64,000 nucleotides of DNA from Squalus acanthias (Eukaryota), in the NCBI GenBank assembly GCA_030390025.1, contig CM059432.1:78804001-78868000 (forward strand), in the 5' to 3' direction. Below the pieces are notes generated by a model that searched no databases, was not told the origin of the DNA, and saw only the letters and a list, made by a program, of their open reading frames with translations. Each line of letters opens with the position of its first letter. Within the stretch, counting starts at the first letter, position 1. Of the stretch, positions 1 through 12,084 are shown in pieces. A program made the translations under genes and the position numbers.

Positions 1-109
1 GGGGAGACCAAATTGTTGATTAGGTGACTGCTTTGGCAAACACCTCCATTCTGTCCGCAAGTGTCTATATCTTCTGATTGTATTAATATGCCTGTCCATT
101 TTTTTGCAG

Positions 110-240
110 TTTTGAAGAGTCTGCACTTGAAATGCGAACCTGTCTCTTTTCTCCACTGATGCTGACTGACCTGCTGATGGTTTTCTGCAATTTCTGTTTT
201 TATTTCAGATTTCCACCATCTGCAGTTTTTTTCTTTTTGC
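110..240 (+). repeat. Degenerate Penelope-type pseudo-LTR fragment
   Basis: gatgctgactgacctgctga...tttcagatttccaccatctgcag, same family as 4410-4549; hammerhead core is decayed. Confidence 0.55.
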
Positions 241-394
241 ATTAAGTACTTTTGTAGTGTAGTCACTGTTATGTAGGCAAATGTGGCCAGCTTTCACACA
301 AGGAAGCTGTTTTTGGTTGAGGAGGAATGCTGGCCAGGTCACTGGGCAATCTCCTTGCTCTTCAAATTGCATAATTAAATCATTTACATCTCAT

Positions 395-2009
395 TCATAG
401 AATCATAGAAAGTTACAGCACAGAAGGAGGCCATTTCGGCCCATCGTGTCCGCGCCGGCCAACAAAGAGCTATCCAGCCTAATCCTACTTCCCAGCTCTT
501 GGTCCGTAGCCCTGCAGGTTACCGCATCCCAAGTGTACATCCAAGTACTTTTTAAATGTGGTTAGGGTTCCTGCCTCTACCACCCTTTCAGGCAGTGAGT
601 TCCAGACCCCCACAACCCTTTGGGTGAAGAAATTTTCCCTCAAATCCCCTCTAATCCTTCCACCAGTTACTTTAAATCTGTGCCCCCTGGTTTTTGACCC
701 CTCTGCTAAGGGAAATAGGTCCTTTCTATCCACTTTATCTAGGCCCCTCATAATTTTGTACACCTCAATAAGGTCTCCCCTCCGCTTCCTCCGTTCCAAG
801 GAAAACAAACCCAGCCTATCCAGTCTTTCCTCATAGCTAAGATTCCCTACTCCCAGCAACATCCTTGTAAATCTCTGTACCCTCTCTAGTGCAATCACAT
901 CTTTCCTGTAATGTGATGACCAGAACTGCACGAAGTACTCTAGCTGAGGCCTAACTAGTGTTTTATACAGTTGAAGCATAACCCCCCTGCTCTTATATTC
1001 TATGATGCGGAGATATATATTCTATGCCACGGCTAATAAAGGCAAGCATTCCATATGCCTTCTTAACCACCTTATCTACCTGGCCTGCTACCTTCAGGGA
1101 TCTGTGGACATGCACTCCAAGGTCCCTTTGTTCCTCTACACTACTCAGTGTCCTACCATTTAACGTGTATTCCCTTTCCTTGTTAGCCCTCCCCAAATGC
1201 ATTACCTCACACTTCTCCGGATTGAGTTCCATCTGCCACTGTTCTGCCCACCTGACCAATTTATTGATATCTTCCTGCAGTCTACAGCTTCCTTCTTCAG
1301 TATCAACCACACAGCCGATTTTAGTATCATCTGCAAACTTCTTAATCATACCCCCTATATTCAAGTCTAGATCATTGATATATACCACAAAAAGCAAGGG
1401 ACCTAGTACTGAGCCCTGTGGAACCCCACTGGAAACAGCCTTCCAGTCACAAAAACACCCATCAACCATTACCCTCTGCTTCCTGCCTCTGAGCCAGTTT
1501 TGAATCCAACTTGACACTTTGCCCTGGATCCCATGGGCTTTTAACTTCGTGACCAGTCTGCCATGTGGAACCTTATCAAAAGCCTTGCTAAAGGCCATAT
1601 ACACTACATCAAACGCACTACCCTCCTTGTTACCTCCCCAAAAAATTCAATCAAGTTTGTCAGACATGACCTTCCCTTAACAAATCTGTGCTGACTATCC
1701 TTGATTAATCCGTGTCTTTCTAAATGAAGATTTATCCTGTCCTTCAGAATTCTTTCGAATAATTTTCCCACCACCGAGGTTAGGCTGACTGGCCTGTAAT
1801 TACTCGGTCTATCCTTTTCTCCCTTTTTAAACAAGGATACCACATTAGCAGTCCTCCGGCACCACACCTGAAGCCAGAGAGGATTGGAAAATGGTCAGCA
1901 CCTCTGCTATTTCCTCTTTTGCTTCGCTTAACAGCCTGGGATACATTTCATCCGGGCCTGGGGATTTATCCACTTTTAAAGCTGCTAACCCCCTTAATAC
2001 TTCCTCTTT
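395..2009 (-). mobile_element. CR1 LINE, 5'-truncated (RT and C-terminal ORF2 fragments)
   Basis: ORFs with GVPQGSVLGP, FADDTK and NYRPVSLTS; TTCTATGA-type tail at about 395. Confidence 0.95.
1005..1015 (-). mobile_element. 11-nt micro-insertion of a Penelope-type element terminus with 11-bp TSD
   Basis: TATATTCTATG duplicated at 994-1004 and 1016-1026; TGATGCGGAGAT is the reverse complement of ATCTCCGCATCA at 12693-12704. Confidence 0.6.
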
Positions 2010-2063
2010 AGTACTGGAGTGCTAAATTGCGATTCAAAAATGGCAATTTAGCACTCCAGTACT
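2010..2063. repeat. Perfect 21-bp inverted repeat at the CR1 5' junction
   Basis: AGTACTGGAGTGCTAAATTGC (2010-2030) and GCAATTTAGCACTCCAGTACT (2043-2063). Confidence 0.9.
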
Positions 2064-2204
2064 GCACTGAAGTATCAACCTAGATTATTTGCTTAAATCC
2101 TGGAGTGTGGCCTCCACTCTTAACTTTCTGTTTCAGAGATGAGATAGTTTCCAATTGATCAAAACTGACACTCAGATTTCTGTTCTTGCATTTATAGGAC
2201 ACAG

Positions 2205-3037
2205 GTTGCTCAAATGTGAAAGTGCTATTCGAGTAAATAAGGAGAAATGTTTCCACTGGCAGGAGGGTTGGTAACTGGTTCCTGAGATGGTGGGATTGTC
2301 CTATGAGGAGAGATTGAGTAGACTAGGCCTATATTCTCTAGAGTTTAGAAGAATGAAAGGTGATCTCAATGAAACATACAACATTTTTACAGGGCTTGAC
2401 AGGGTAGATGCAGGGAGGATGTTTCCCCTGGCTGGGGAGTCTAGAACCAGGGGTCACAGTCTCAGAATAAGGGGTCGGCCATTTAGGACTAAGATGAGGA
2501 GAAATTTCTTCACTCAGAGGGTGGTGAATCTTTGGAATTCTCTACCCCAGAGGGCTGTGGAGGCTCAGTTGTTGAGTATATTCAAGACAGAGATCGATAG
2601 ATTATTGAATATTAAGGGAATCAAGGGATATGGGGATAGTGCAGGAAAGTGGAGTTGAGGTAGAAGATCAGCCATGATCTTATTGAATGGCGGAGCAGGC
2701 TTGAAGGGCCAAATGGCCTACTCCTGCTCCTATTTCTTATGTTCTTAACCAGAGGACACAAATTTAAAATAGTTGGCAAAAGAACCAGAGAGGAGATTAC
2801 ATTTTTTCTTTACTCAGCGAGTGGTTAGGATCTGGAATGCACTGCCTGAAAGGGTGGTGGAAGCAGATGCAATAGTAACTTTCAAAAGGGAATTGGAAAT
2901 ATACTGGAAAAGGAACATTTTGAAGGACTATGGGGAAAGAGCAGGGGAGTGGGACTAATTGGATAGCTCTTTCAAATAGCTGGCACAAGTATAATGATCC
3001 GAATGGCCTCCTTCTGTACTGTCAGTTTCTATGATTT
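2205..3037 (+). mobile_element. CR1 3' fragment (about 2277-2746) nested in an older CR1 3' fragment
   Basis: Two CR1 ORF2 C-termini (FFTQRVV..WN.LP) and two distinct tails. Confidence 0.85.
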
Positions 3038-3171
3038 TGTTTTGTGCTAATAGATAAACAAATGCTGCTGCTGAGATTTTTTAAATATAATAAGATTGAG
3101 CAGATGTTTATTTTGTGCTGGGGATGTTTGTTATTCCTTGCTATCCCATAGTTCTCCGCTGTCTAAAAGTC

Positions 3172-3224
3172 ATGGCCGGTCGGGAGAGAGTTGTTCACTT
3201 GTTGAAGCAGCTGCAAGAGGCGTC
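3172..3224 (+). CDS. ADHFE1: ADHFE1 first coding exon (MAGRERVVHLLKQLQEAS, mitochondrial-presequence-like)
   Basis: ATG at 3172 and GT donor at 3225 (gtaagt). 53 nt, phase 2, joins the next exon in frame. Resembles the vertebrate ADHFE1 N-terminus (RVAYLLRQLQRA). Confidence 0.9.
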
Positions 3225-4409
3225 GTAAGTCACCAAGACCGAACCAAATAGAGTTTCCTCTTAAAGGAATGACTGTGGATCCCATCTCTCCCTTCTTCAC
3301 GTCGCTGCTGCTAATGGCACTGCGCTGTTGTCCGGTCAGTGCCCTTGAAGCGTCAGTCCTGCGATCAGCAGGTGCTCTCTGTCCGGGGAGCTTCCCCAGC
3401 CAGCAACCAGCCGCTGTGGTTCCCGGCAGTGGCAGACGATCCGGAACACCCCGACAATGAGCTGCTCCCCACAGCCGCCTGCTGTCGGCACTATAGTGGA
3501 TTTCTGCCACTGCAAGTCATTGCTCAAGGACACCGGCTTCTGGATTTTGTACAGTAATTTCCCTGCCATTGCAAGCTATCCTCACCCGCACTTGCAGCGG
3601 AGCCGCACTACTCTTGGCTGAACACTCAATTCGGGCCTTATCATTTATATACACAAATTTAGTCGGCGCCCAATGAAACCACATAATGTGTAGTGAAAAT
3701 GTAGTTAATAACTATGAAAATCGACAGTAGATTATGTTACTAGAAGATTAAACTGCAATTTTTAAATGTTTAATTGATAACTTTGCTTTATTCCAAATAC
3801 CATTCGTGAAAATTCCTGGATGTTTTGGTTTATAAGTAATGAAGAGTTCACTCACACTACAACTGCAGTGCCAGTGCAAAGCAGTTTCACTTAACAGTGG
3901 CCCTGCAGTTATAATGTAGACATGGGCAGAGGCGGGGGTGTTCAGGATGTTCAAGCACCGTCCCTTCACCTCCCCCACCACCCCCGAAATTTTTATAATT
4001 ATTTATATTGAACCACACCTTCTTTTGAAATAAGGGCCCAGAAATTGGGCTAGTTACTGCCGCAATCCTGGAAAAAAATGGCGGCCGCCACTCTAACGTT
4101 CTTTGGCATGGGACTTGGCGACCACCATTTTGCTGCTGGCTCTGGAGATGCACACCGACTTAACGCCACGCTCTGCAAACTTGGACCTTAGCGCTGGGTC
4201 CTAATTTCGCTCTGAAAAGCGAGCGTGCAGCAGACTGACAGAGAGTCTGTCAGCACTTCTTAATGGGACATACATATCTTTCAGGTAAGTTTGCATTTAA
4301 GCTTTTGGACTGGATTTTTTATATTTTGTTGAAGTAGTTTCTTAAGTGTGCAGGAAGTGCTGCTGGACGCTTGCAAGGCCTCGGATGGTAAAGGAAGGCC
4401 TCTGAGAAG

Positions 4410-4549
4410 ACAGAAAATGCTGGAAATACTCCGCAGGTCAGGCAGCATCCGTGGAGCGAGAAACAGTTCACATCTCAGGTTGAGATGCTGCCTGACCTAC
4501 TGAGTATTTCCAGCATTTTGTGCTACTATTTCAGATTTCCAGCATCCGC
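4410..4549. repeat. Penelope-type inverted pseudo-LTR fragment (about 36-bp inverted repeat)
   Basis: AAAATGCTGGAAATACTC.GCAGGTCAGGCAGCATC pairs with GATGCTGCCTGACCT.CTGAGTATTTCCAGCATTTT. Confidence 0.65.
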
Positions 4550-4822
4550 TCGCAGAGGGAAGGGGAAGATGCAGAAGTGAAGAAAGCAGAAGGAAGGATG
4601 CAACCCAGACAGCCCCTTTCTGGCTGGGATATCCGGGATGGAATCATCCGCCTGCGGTACCAGTGACCACAACCCCAATTCCCCTTTCAACATTTGTCCT
4701 ACACCTTACCTTCCCTCTGTTACTGACCATCACAGCGTCCTTTTGGCCACAATGCTGAAATAAAAGCCACCACAAAGCAAACTTTACAATCCAACTTTAT
4801 ACATATGTCCATCCAATATGAC

Positions 4823-6088
4823 TAATCTATTGGAATTTTTTGAGGGAGTAACTGGTAAAATAGATGGGGGAGAGCCAGTAGATGTGGTGTACCTGGACTT
4901 CCAAAAGGCCTTCGATAAGGTCCCACATAAAAGATTAGCAGGGAAAATTGAAGCTCATGGGATAAAGGGGAAAGTATTGACGTGGATAGAGAACTGGCTG
5001 TCAGATAGAAAACAGAGAGTTGGAATAAACGGCTCATTTTCTGAATGGCAGGCAGTAACAAGTGGGGTACCACAGGGATCTGTCCTGGGTCCCCAGCTGT
5101 TCACAATTTACATTAATGACCTGGATCAGGGAGTCGGATGCAGCATTTCCAAATTTGCAGACGACACTAAACTAGGAGGGGGGGTGGGCTCAGAGGAGGA
5201 GACCAGGAAGCTCCAGAGCGATTTGGACAGACTGGGTGATTGGGCGGATAAATGGCAGATGCACTATAATGTGGACAAGTGCGAAGTTATCCACCTTGGG
5301 TGCAGGAACGGGAGGGCAAATTATTATTTAAATGGCAATAAATTGGGAGAGGGGGAAGTACAGAGAGACCTGGGTGTTCTTGTACACCAGTCACTGAAGG
5401 CGAGCATGCAGGTGCAACAGGCGGTCAAGAAGGCAAACGGTATGCTGGCCTCCATAGCAAAAGGGTTGGAATACAGGAACAGGGATACCTTGCTGCAGCT
5501 GTACAGGGCACTGGTGAGACCACACCTCGAGTACTGTGTACAGTTTTGGTCGCCTCATCTGAGGAAAGATGTTCTTGCCATGGAGGGGGTGCAGCGGCGA
5601 TTCACCAGGCTGATACCAGGAATGGCGGGATTGACCTATGAGGAGAGACTATGTAGTTTAGGGATGTACACACTGGAGTTTAGAAGATTGAGAGGGGACC
5701 TCATAGAAGTGTATAAAATTCTGACAGGTCTAGACAGACTAGATGCAGAAGGAATGTTTCCCTTGGCGGGTGAGAACAGAACTAGAGGACATAATTTAAG
5801 GATAAGGGCTAAACCATTTAGGACAGAAATGAGGGGGAATTTCTTCACTCAGAGGGTGGTGAACCTGTGGAACTCATTGCCACAGAGGGCAGTGTACGCC
5901 AGCTCATTAAATATATTTAAGAGGGAATTAGATATATTTCTACAGGCAAAAGGGGTTAAGGGTTACGGAGAGAAGGCGGGGACGGGATACTGAATTGGAG
6001 GATCAGCCATGATCTCATTAAATGGCGGAGCAGGCTCGAAGGGCCGGATGGCCTACTCCTGCTCCTATCTTCTATGTATCTATGTATC
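4823..6088 (+). mobile_element. CR1 LINE, 5'-truncated, with an uninterrupted 391-aa RT/C-terminal frame
   Basis: ORF 4818-5993 (YLDFQKAFDKV, GVPQGSVLGP, FADDTK); (CTATGTAT)n tail; flanking TATGAC direct repeat. Confidence 0.96.
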
Positions 6089-6199
6089 TATGACATCAAG
6101 AAATCAACTCATCACCCTTATGCATTCCGTTAGTGACCGTCTTGTGTGTGCCTTTGCCTATCCTACTGATGTCATACAGTGCTAGGCCAGTGGCTGCAG

Positions 6200-6640
6200 C
6201 ATAAGAATTAGGAGCAGGAGTAGGCCATATGGCCCCTCGAGCCTGCTCCACCATTCAATAAGATCATGGCTGATCTTCGACCTCAACTCCACTTTTCTGC
6301 CCTATCCCCCTATCCCTCAAATCCTCTGGAGTCCAAAAATCAATCTATCTCAGCCTTAAATGACTGAGCATCCACAACCCTTTGGGGCAGAGAATTCCAA
6401 AGATTCACAACCCTCAGTGAAGAAATTCCTCCTCATCTTAGTCTTAAAAAGCCTGCCCCTTATCCTGAGACTATGCCCCCTAGTTCTAGACTCTCCAGCC
6501 AGGGGAAACAATCTCTCAGCATTTATCCTGCCAATCCCCCTCAGAATCTTATATGTTTCAATGAGATAACCTCTCATTCTTCTAAACTCCAGAGAGTATA
6601 GGCTCAATCTCTCCTCATAGGACAACCCTCTCATCCCTGG
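6200..6640 (-). mobile_element. CR1 3' fragment
   Basis: MRGLSYEERL...FFT; tail ataagaattaggagcaggagtaggcc. Confidence 0.9.
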
Positions 6641-7774
6641 TGGAAGGCCGCTGACTCTTGTTATAGGCAATACAAATGGCCTTGCTGGTCGACCTTGAGG
6701 AGTTGGTGGCTGGGAGTGTGAAATCGAGTGACGGTGTTTCTTCTTCTTCACTCTCTTCTCCCTCTTCTTGGTGCATTTCTTGGGTGTGTGAAATGAGGAA
6801 GGCACAATGGTGGAGTTGTGGTGAGGGGAGGGCGGGAAAGCAAGAGGTGCATGCGAGAAGGAGGATAATGTATGAGGATACCAGCATCTTGTATCCTTTC
6901 TGCCCTGCCGCTGGCCAAGTGCTCAGCCATGCCCCTGCCAAGAATAGACAGCACCATCTCCTCCAAGGGGGGTTAGGTGAAGCTAGGAATGGGAGGTGTG
7001 CCTCGTGATTGGTACAGATTGTTGGTAGGTGAGTGATTGGGGGGGGGGGGGGGTGTGTCATGCATTGAGCAGTGTGTGAGGCTAGTGATGCAGTTGGTAG
7101 GAGATGGCTTTTGAAGATGCATTCACTGACCTTGACCACTGAACTGAGGTCATGAAGCTTCTTTGGGCACTCAAGCCAGGTCGTGGGGGCGACACTGCTG
7201 GCAATGATGACCTTGGTGATCTGGTCCCACATCATTCTTTCTGGAGGGCCTCCTGGCCCCTGTGCATAGAGGACCTCTCTTGCAGTGCTGACCCCTGCAC
7301 AAAGCTGGAATGATGCGTGTGAGGCCCTGGATGCCCCTTCCCAGGCTTGCTGAGCCATTTGTGTTAGTACTGATGCACTTTTGGAGTCTCCTATTTGGGA
7401 ATTCTTTTTAATGTTAATTATTTTTTCAAAAGGTAGTTGAGCTGTAAGGGCTAAAACCTGCCTATTTTTAAATGATTTTTATTTTTTTCATTTTAGAAGG
7501 CAGTTCCCCTTTAAGGGACTGAACTGCTCTCTAAAATGACAGCCTTGCTTTAAGAGAAGGCTGTTCTTGCTGCAATGATGCTACGGCCACGCTACATTGG
7601 GCCTCCTGCCAGGACTAACGCCATAGAAACAGCCTTGCACAGTAAGTTTAGCGCTGGGCTAATGTTAATTAGCAACCAGCGCCAATTTACTGGCCCTGCC
7701 AGCGCCAACAATTTCAGCAGCTATTTACTCTGGCCCGCAGGTTTTTAGCGATCTCGAATTTCTAGGCCAAAGTG

Positions 7775-9810
7775 TCTTTATAGAATTACATAAAATGTAA
7801 AGCACAGAAACAGGCCATTCGGCCCACCTAGTCCATGCCTGTGTTTATGCTCCACACAAGCCTCCTCCCATCCTCTTCATCTAACCCCATCAGCATAACC
7901 TACTATTCCTTTCTCTCTCATTTGTTTATCTAGCTTCCCCTTAAATGCATCTATGCTAGTCACCTCAACTACTCCTTGTGGTAGTGAGTTCCACATTCTA
8001 ACCACTCTCTGGGTGAAGAAGTTTCTCCTAAATTCCCTATTGGATTTATTAGTGACTATCTTATATTTATAAACTCTAGTTTTGAACTCCCCATGAGTGA
8101 AAACATCTTCTCTACAGCTACCCTATCAAATCCTTTCATAATCTTAAAGGCCTCTATCAGGTCATCCCTCTGCCTTCTCTTTTATAGGGAAAAGATCCCC
8201 AGCCTATTCAATCTTTCCTGATAGGTTTAACCTCTCAGTACTGGTATTGTCCTTGTAAATCTTTTTTGCACCTTCATCAGTGCCTCTATTTCCTTTTTAT
8301 AATATGGAGACCTGAACTGTGCACAGTACTCTAAGTGTGGTCTAACCAACGTTCTATACAAGTTTAACATAACTTCTCTGCTTTTCAATTCTATGGGGGA
8401 GAAATTGGGTATCGCCCCGTTTGGGGCGCTAACTTTTAAAAGTTGAAAAAATGAGTACCAGGCGCTAATGTTTTACAACTTTTAAAAATTCGGGTTTTGC
8501 GCTCCAGGAAGGAAGTGGAGTGCTAAATCAAGTGCTCCACTTCCTTCCTGGAGTGCAGCAGGCAGCAGGCAGCAGGCAGGGTGGTAGGTGTGCAGTGCTG
8601 CACAATGGGCCGTGCAGCACTGCCGCGCTGGAAGTCTCCTTCCCTCCCTTAAAGAGAAGGGCCATCGTTGCAGGCTCTATAAGGGGAAACTTACCTGGTC
8701 CCTGACAGCAGCCACGATCCAGCCCGATCAGCCTGATGCACTGCAGCAGAGTGGCTGATCGATCGCTGGAAAAACAAACAGAAAGAGCATTTCAGAATTT
8801 GTTTTCACTTACCTCGGCCACCTCGCCTTTAAGTATCACCCCCAAAGCGCCCGGCCTCCCGATGAACGCCTCCTGCAGTGTTTTCGCCTGGCGATGCTGC
8901 AGGGGGCGGAACCGAAGTTCGGGTCCGGGCGCTACCGGGACGATGCGCACGGTGATGACGTCACGATCTCCGGCTGAAGGAGATTGGGGCGCAACGCCAT
9001 ACCACCACTGCAAACCTCCCGCCGAATATAGCTGGAGTCAATCTTCTCACCACGCCCGGTCGGCAAGTGCTTAGCGCCCCGTTATCGGGGTGATAACGGG
9101 AGGTGCTAAGGAGGCCAATTTCTAGGCCTATCTCTCTAGAAATGAACCCCAGTACTTGGTTTGCATTTTTATGGCCTTATTAACCTGCATTGCTACTTTT
9201 AGTGGTTTGTGTATCTGTACCCATTGATCCCTTTGCTCCTCTTCCCCACTTAGACTCTTATTTTCCAAGCAGTATGTGGCCTCCTTATTCTTCCTACCAA
9301 AATACACTACCTTACACTTATCTATATTGAAATTCATTTGCCAATTACAATCCCATTCTGCAAGTTTATTAATGTCTTCTTTTAGTTTGTCGCAGTTTTC
9401 CATAGTATTAACTATACCCAACCCCCCCCCCCAATTTGGTGTCATCCACAAATTTGGAAATTGTACTTCTGATTCCTGAGTCCAAATTGTTTATGCAAAT
9501 GTTGAACAACAGTGGTCCCAGCCCCAGTCCTTGTGGAACACCACTTCCCACCTTTTGCCAGCCTGAGTGACTACCCTAAACCTCTATTCTCTGTTTTCTG
9601 TTTTGTAGCCAGCTTGCTATCCATTCTGCTACGTGCTGACTCCACATGCTCTGAACTTAGTCATGAGTCTACTATGCGGTACCTTATCGAAGGCCTTTTT
9701 AAAATCCAAATATATTACATCTACTACATTACCCTTGTCTACTCTTTTTGTTACTTCTTGAAAGAATTCAATAAGGTTGGTCAAGCATGACCTTCCCGTT
9801 TGAAATCCTT
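7775..9810 (-). mobile_element. CR1 fragment interrupted by the MITE at 8395-9128
   Basis: Degraded RT frames (WQMNFNIDKCKV); sequence resumes across the MITE. Confidence 0.88.
8395..9128. mobile_element. Harbinger-type MITE (734 bp), TSD TAT
   Basis: TIRs GGGGGAGAAATTGG and CCAATTTCTAGGCC; TAT at 8392-8394 and 9129-9131; internal 19-bp perfect hairpin 8502-8553. Confidence 0.88.
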
Positions 9811-10577
9811 AGATCACTTGATAGAACACGAACATTGGATGTTCTTCCAGAGCTAGTCAGTTCCGCCAGTGAAATTCAACCAGTGAAAACTGATTAGTTG
9901 AGCTTGCACTTTTAATTGTTTACCGGGATATTGTAGTGAATAGTAGCCAAGTTATTGATAGACTAGTGACACATAGCTGGCACTTTGATTCTGTGGTTTA
10001 AAGTTTTCATCTGACAAGACTTTTTAAATTTGCTTTATTTGAATTGTTAGATTAATGGAAATAATAATGTTTGTATTTGAACCTTATTTTGAAATTTCTA
10101 TTTGGGAAAATAGACTTTTTGAGTTAGTTTAGTTTTGGTCTGGCAAGCTCATATCCAAACATTACCACCCCCACCCCCTCACCCCCACCTCACCTCGAAA
10201 AAAAACCTGCCTAGGCCACTGAATGTGTAGATGCAGTTTGAATTCGACTGGAAACTGGAGTGAAGTGGAGTGAGACTCCTTGGAGGAGTGAGTCTTGCTC
10301 GGCTTCACATTAGAGTCGTTTGGACCTTCACACCCAATTTACATGTAACAAGTTTAGTGTTGATGCAAATCTGAAAATGCTTTGCATTAATACTGAAGTT
10401 GTAGTGTAAATGCAGCCCAAGTCACTCAACTGTTTAAACAGTATTTGACACATTTAAATGCAGTATGGTTTAAGAACAATTATTAACTGCAGCAGTTTTG
10501 TAAAAAATTTTAATACTATCTGTAGTAGAGAAAAGTTGTGTGATTTGAATATCTTTTATCTTTTGTTATTTGACTAG

Positions 10578-10615
10578 ATGTCGGTGTCCTGCTCATTCTC
10601 ACACTTACTCACAAG
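10578..10615 (+). CDS. ADHFE1: ADHFE1 coding exon 2 (CRCPAHSHTYSQ)
   Basis: tag|...|gtaat, 38 nt; matches conserved CQCPTHSHTYSQ. Confidence 0.95.
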
Positions 10616-11491
10616 GTAATACTCTGTTATGAGAACATTATTAATTGTTATGATCCTTGCTGAAGGTGGCAATAGAATATGAGTTGGCGGTAAATAATTC
10701 TTAATTCTAGTTAAAAATGTATTTCAGCAGTCAAGTAGAAAACTACAGCGCAGTTAAAACACTGGCAGTTGCCTGGGGATCTACTAATGAGTTCAAGAGT
10801 AAAGTTTTGTAAGTGGCTGTGTGCTGTGAATGACTAGATCCATATTTACCAAAGTAAATAGTTACAAGAGGAGTTTGATGCTTTAACTTCAATAAAGGTT
10901 GATAAATGTAGGCCGTGTTGTCTCAATCCCATGGTTTTCTACGGTAGTGGAACATGAAACTGACCTATGGGTCAAAAAAGTGTAAAAGTCACAATCCCAG
11001 ATTATAAAACCTGTGTAAAATTGGATTTAGGCATCACATTTCACAATTCATGAAAGATTTGAAGATACAGTAGTGCAAGCAGTTTTTTTGTGAATTAATG
11101 TCACACTGCTTTATGCTGCTGAAATTTAGGAGTTTTATTTTTTTAAATAGGAATGAAACTCCATTTATGTTTGAGCACTAACACCTGGATTTACTACCTA
11201 TGTTGTAATTTAAAATTTCTCCATGTATTTAGCAGACAGTGTGATAACTGATATTTAAAATTGGCCAATCTCTCCAAATCAGTTGATAGTTTCTCTATGT
11301 AATTGGGAAACATCAACTTTATTGTAACTTTATCTACACACCTGACCAATCAGTTAGTGTTAGTATCTGTACTGTAGGAACATTCTATGCATTCATCTCA
11401 AATTGGTTGAAACGTAGAGGTTTCCATTTTTATACGATATGGTGATTGGAAGCTGTGAATGCATTTCAGTATTGGTATTTATGTGTTCCAG

Positions 11492-11535
11492 CTCCAGGGC
11501 ATGTTACATCCAGAACAACAGACTATGCTTTTGAG
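11492..11535 (+). CDS. ADHFE1: ADHFE1 coding exon 3 (APGHVTSRTTDYAFE)
   Basis: cag|...|gtac, 44 nt; TTDYAFE motif. Confidence 0.93.
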
Positions 11536-11674
11536 GTACAAATATTTCACTTAATGGGCCATGGTCTTTCACAACTTAATCGTTGTGATAATAATAATGT
11601 AGCAAAAATTATAAAAATAAGTCACCCATTTTTTCCAAGGCTGACAATCTCTATGGATGTTGGTTCTATTTCAG

Positions 11675-11728
11675 ATGGCTTGTTCAAACATCCGATATGG
11701 AGAAGGGGTGACAAATGAAGTTGGTATG
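11675..11728 (+). CDS. ADHFE1: ADHFE1 coding exon 4 (MACSNIRYGEGVTNEVGM)
   Basis: cag|...|gtaagt, 54 nt; SNIRYG motif. Confidence 0.96.
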
Positions 11729-12084
11729 GTAAGTGATTGACCTCTGAATTTATTTTAAAGCCTTTTTTTTACTTTAATTTCATTAAGTAATTTTGCACAA
11801 ATAGCAGAGCACATCCCTAGAGCAATTCTAGTGGTTCAGTGTATTAAAGCACCAATAGTAAGAGGCATGTTTATGCTTTTGATTCTTTGTCAAATGAATC
11901 ACCAATCTCAGCAGCGCTATCGAAGACAGGTATCAAACAGAGTGACAGGTGTTTTATCGTGGGAGAAGGAAAATAAAGTCAGAGAGAGAATCACCCCAAA
12001 CCACTTTAGCACCTTGGTATCTGGCCACAGAGAGGTAAGGCGCAGATCGTTAAGAATGGGGTGCAGGCAGGGCAATGAAAGAAT

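Larger units (their letters stand above)
241..2175 (-). mobile_element. DeuSINE/SacSINE1-like SINE remnant (about 241-394 and 2031-2175) split by a CR1 insertion
   Basis: Both pieces resemble the reverse complement of the fuller copy at 20005-20455. Confidence 0.55.
4035..7768. mobile_element. PIF/Harbinger element A (transposase mostly deleted; Myb/SANT-like gene remnant on minus strand)
   Basis: TIRs GGCCCAGAAATT and AATTTCTAGGCC; transposase C-terminal remnant at about 4550-4670; minus ORF 6615-7358 with trihelix-like motif (MMWDQIT...WLECPKKLHDL). Confidence 0.8.

Noticed and set aside
110..160. Possible hammerhead ribozyme in the Penelope-type fragment
   Set aside because: The CTGANGA box and stem II are decayed; it cannot be folded into the core.
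558..1503. Plus-strand ORFs of 92 and 159 aa (and similar antisense ORFs over other CR1/LINE copies)
   Set aside because: They are antisense shadows of LINE ORF2 and recur in every copy; they are not genes.
3235..3640. GC-rich segment after the first coding exon as a CpG-island promoter or MITE
   Set aside because: The right end resembles MITE termini, but no convincing left TIR or TSD was found; it cannot be assigned.
4410..4549. Hairpin as a possible miRNA or ribozyme
   Set aside because: Explained as an inverted pseudo-LTR repeat fragment; the catalytic box is absent.
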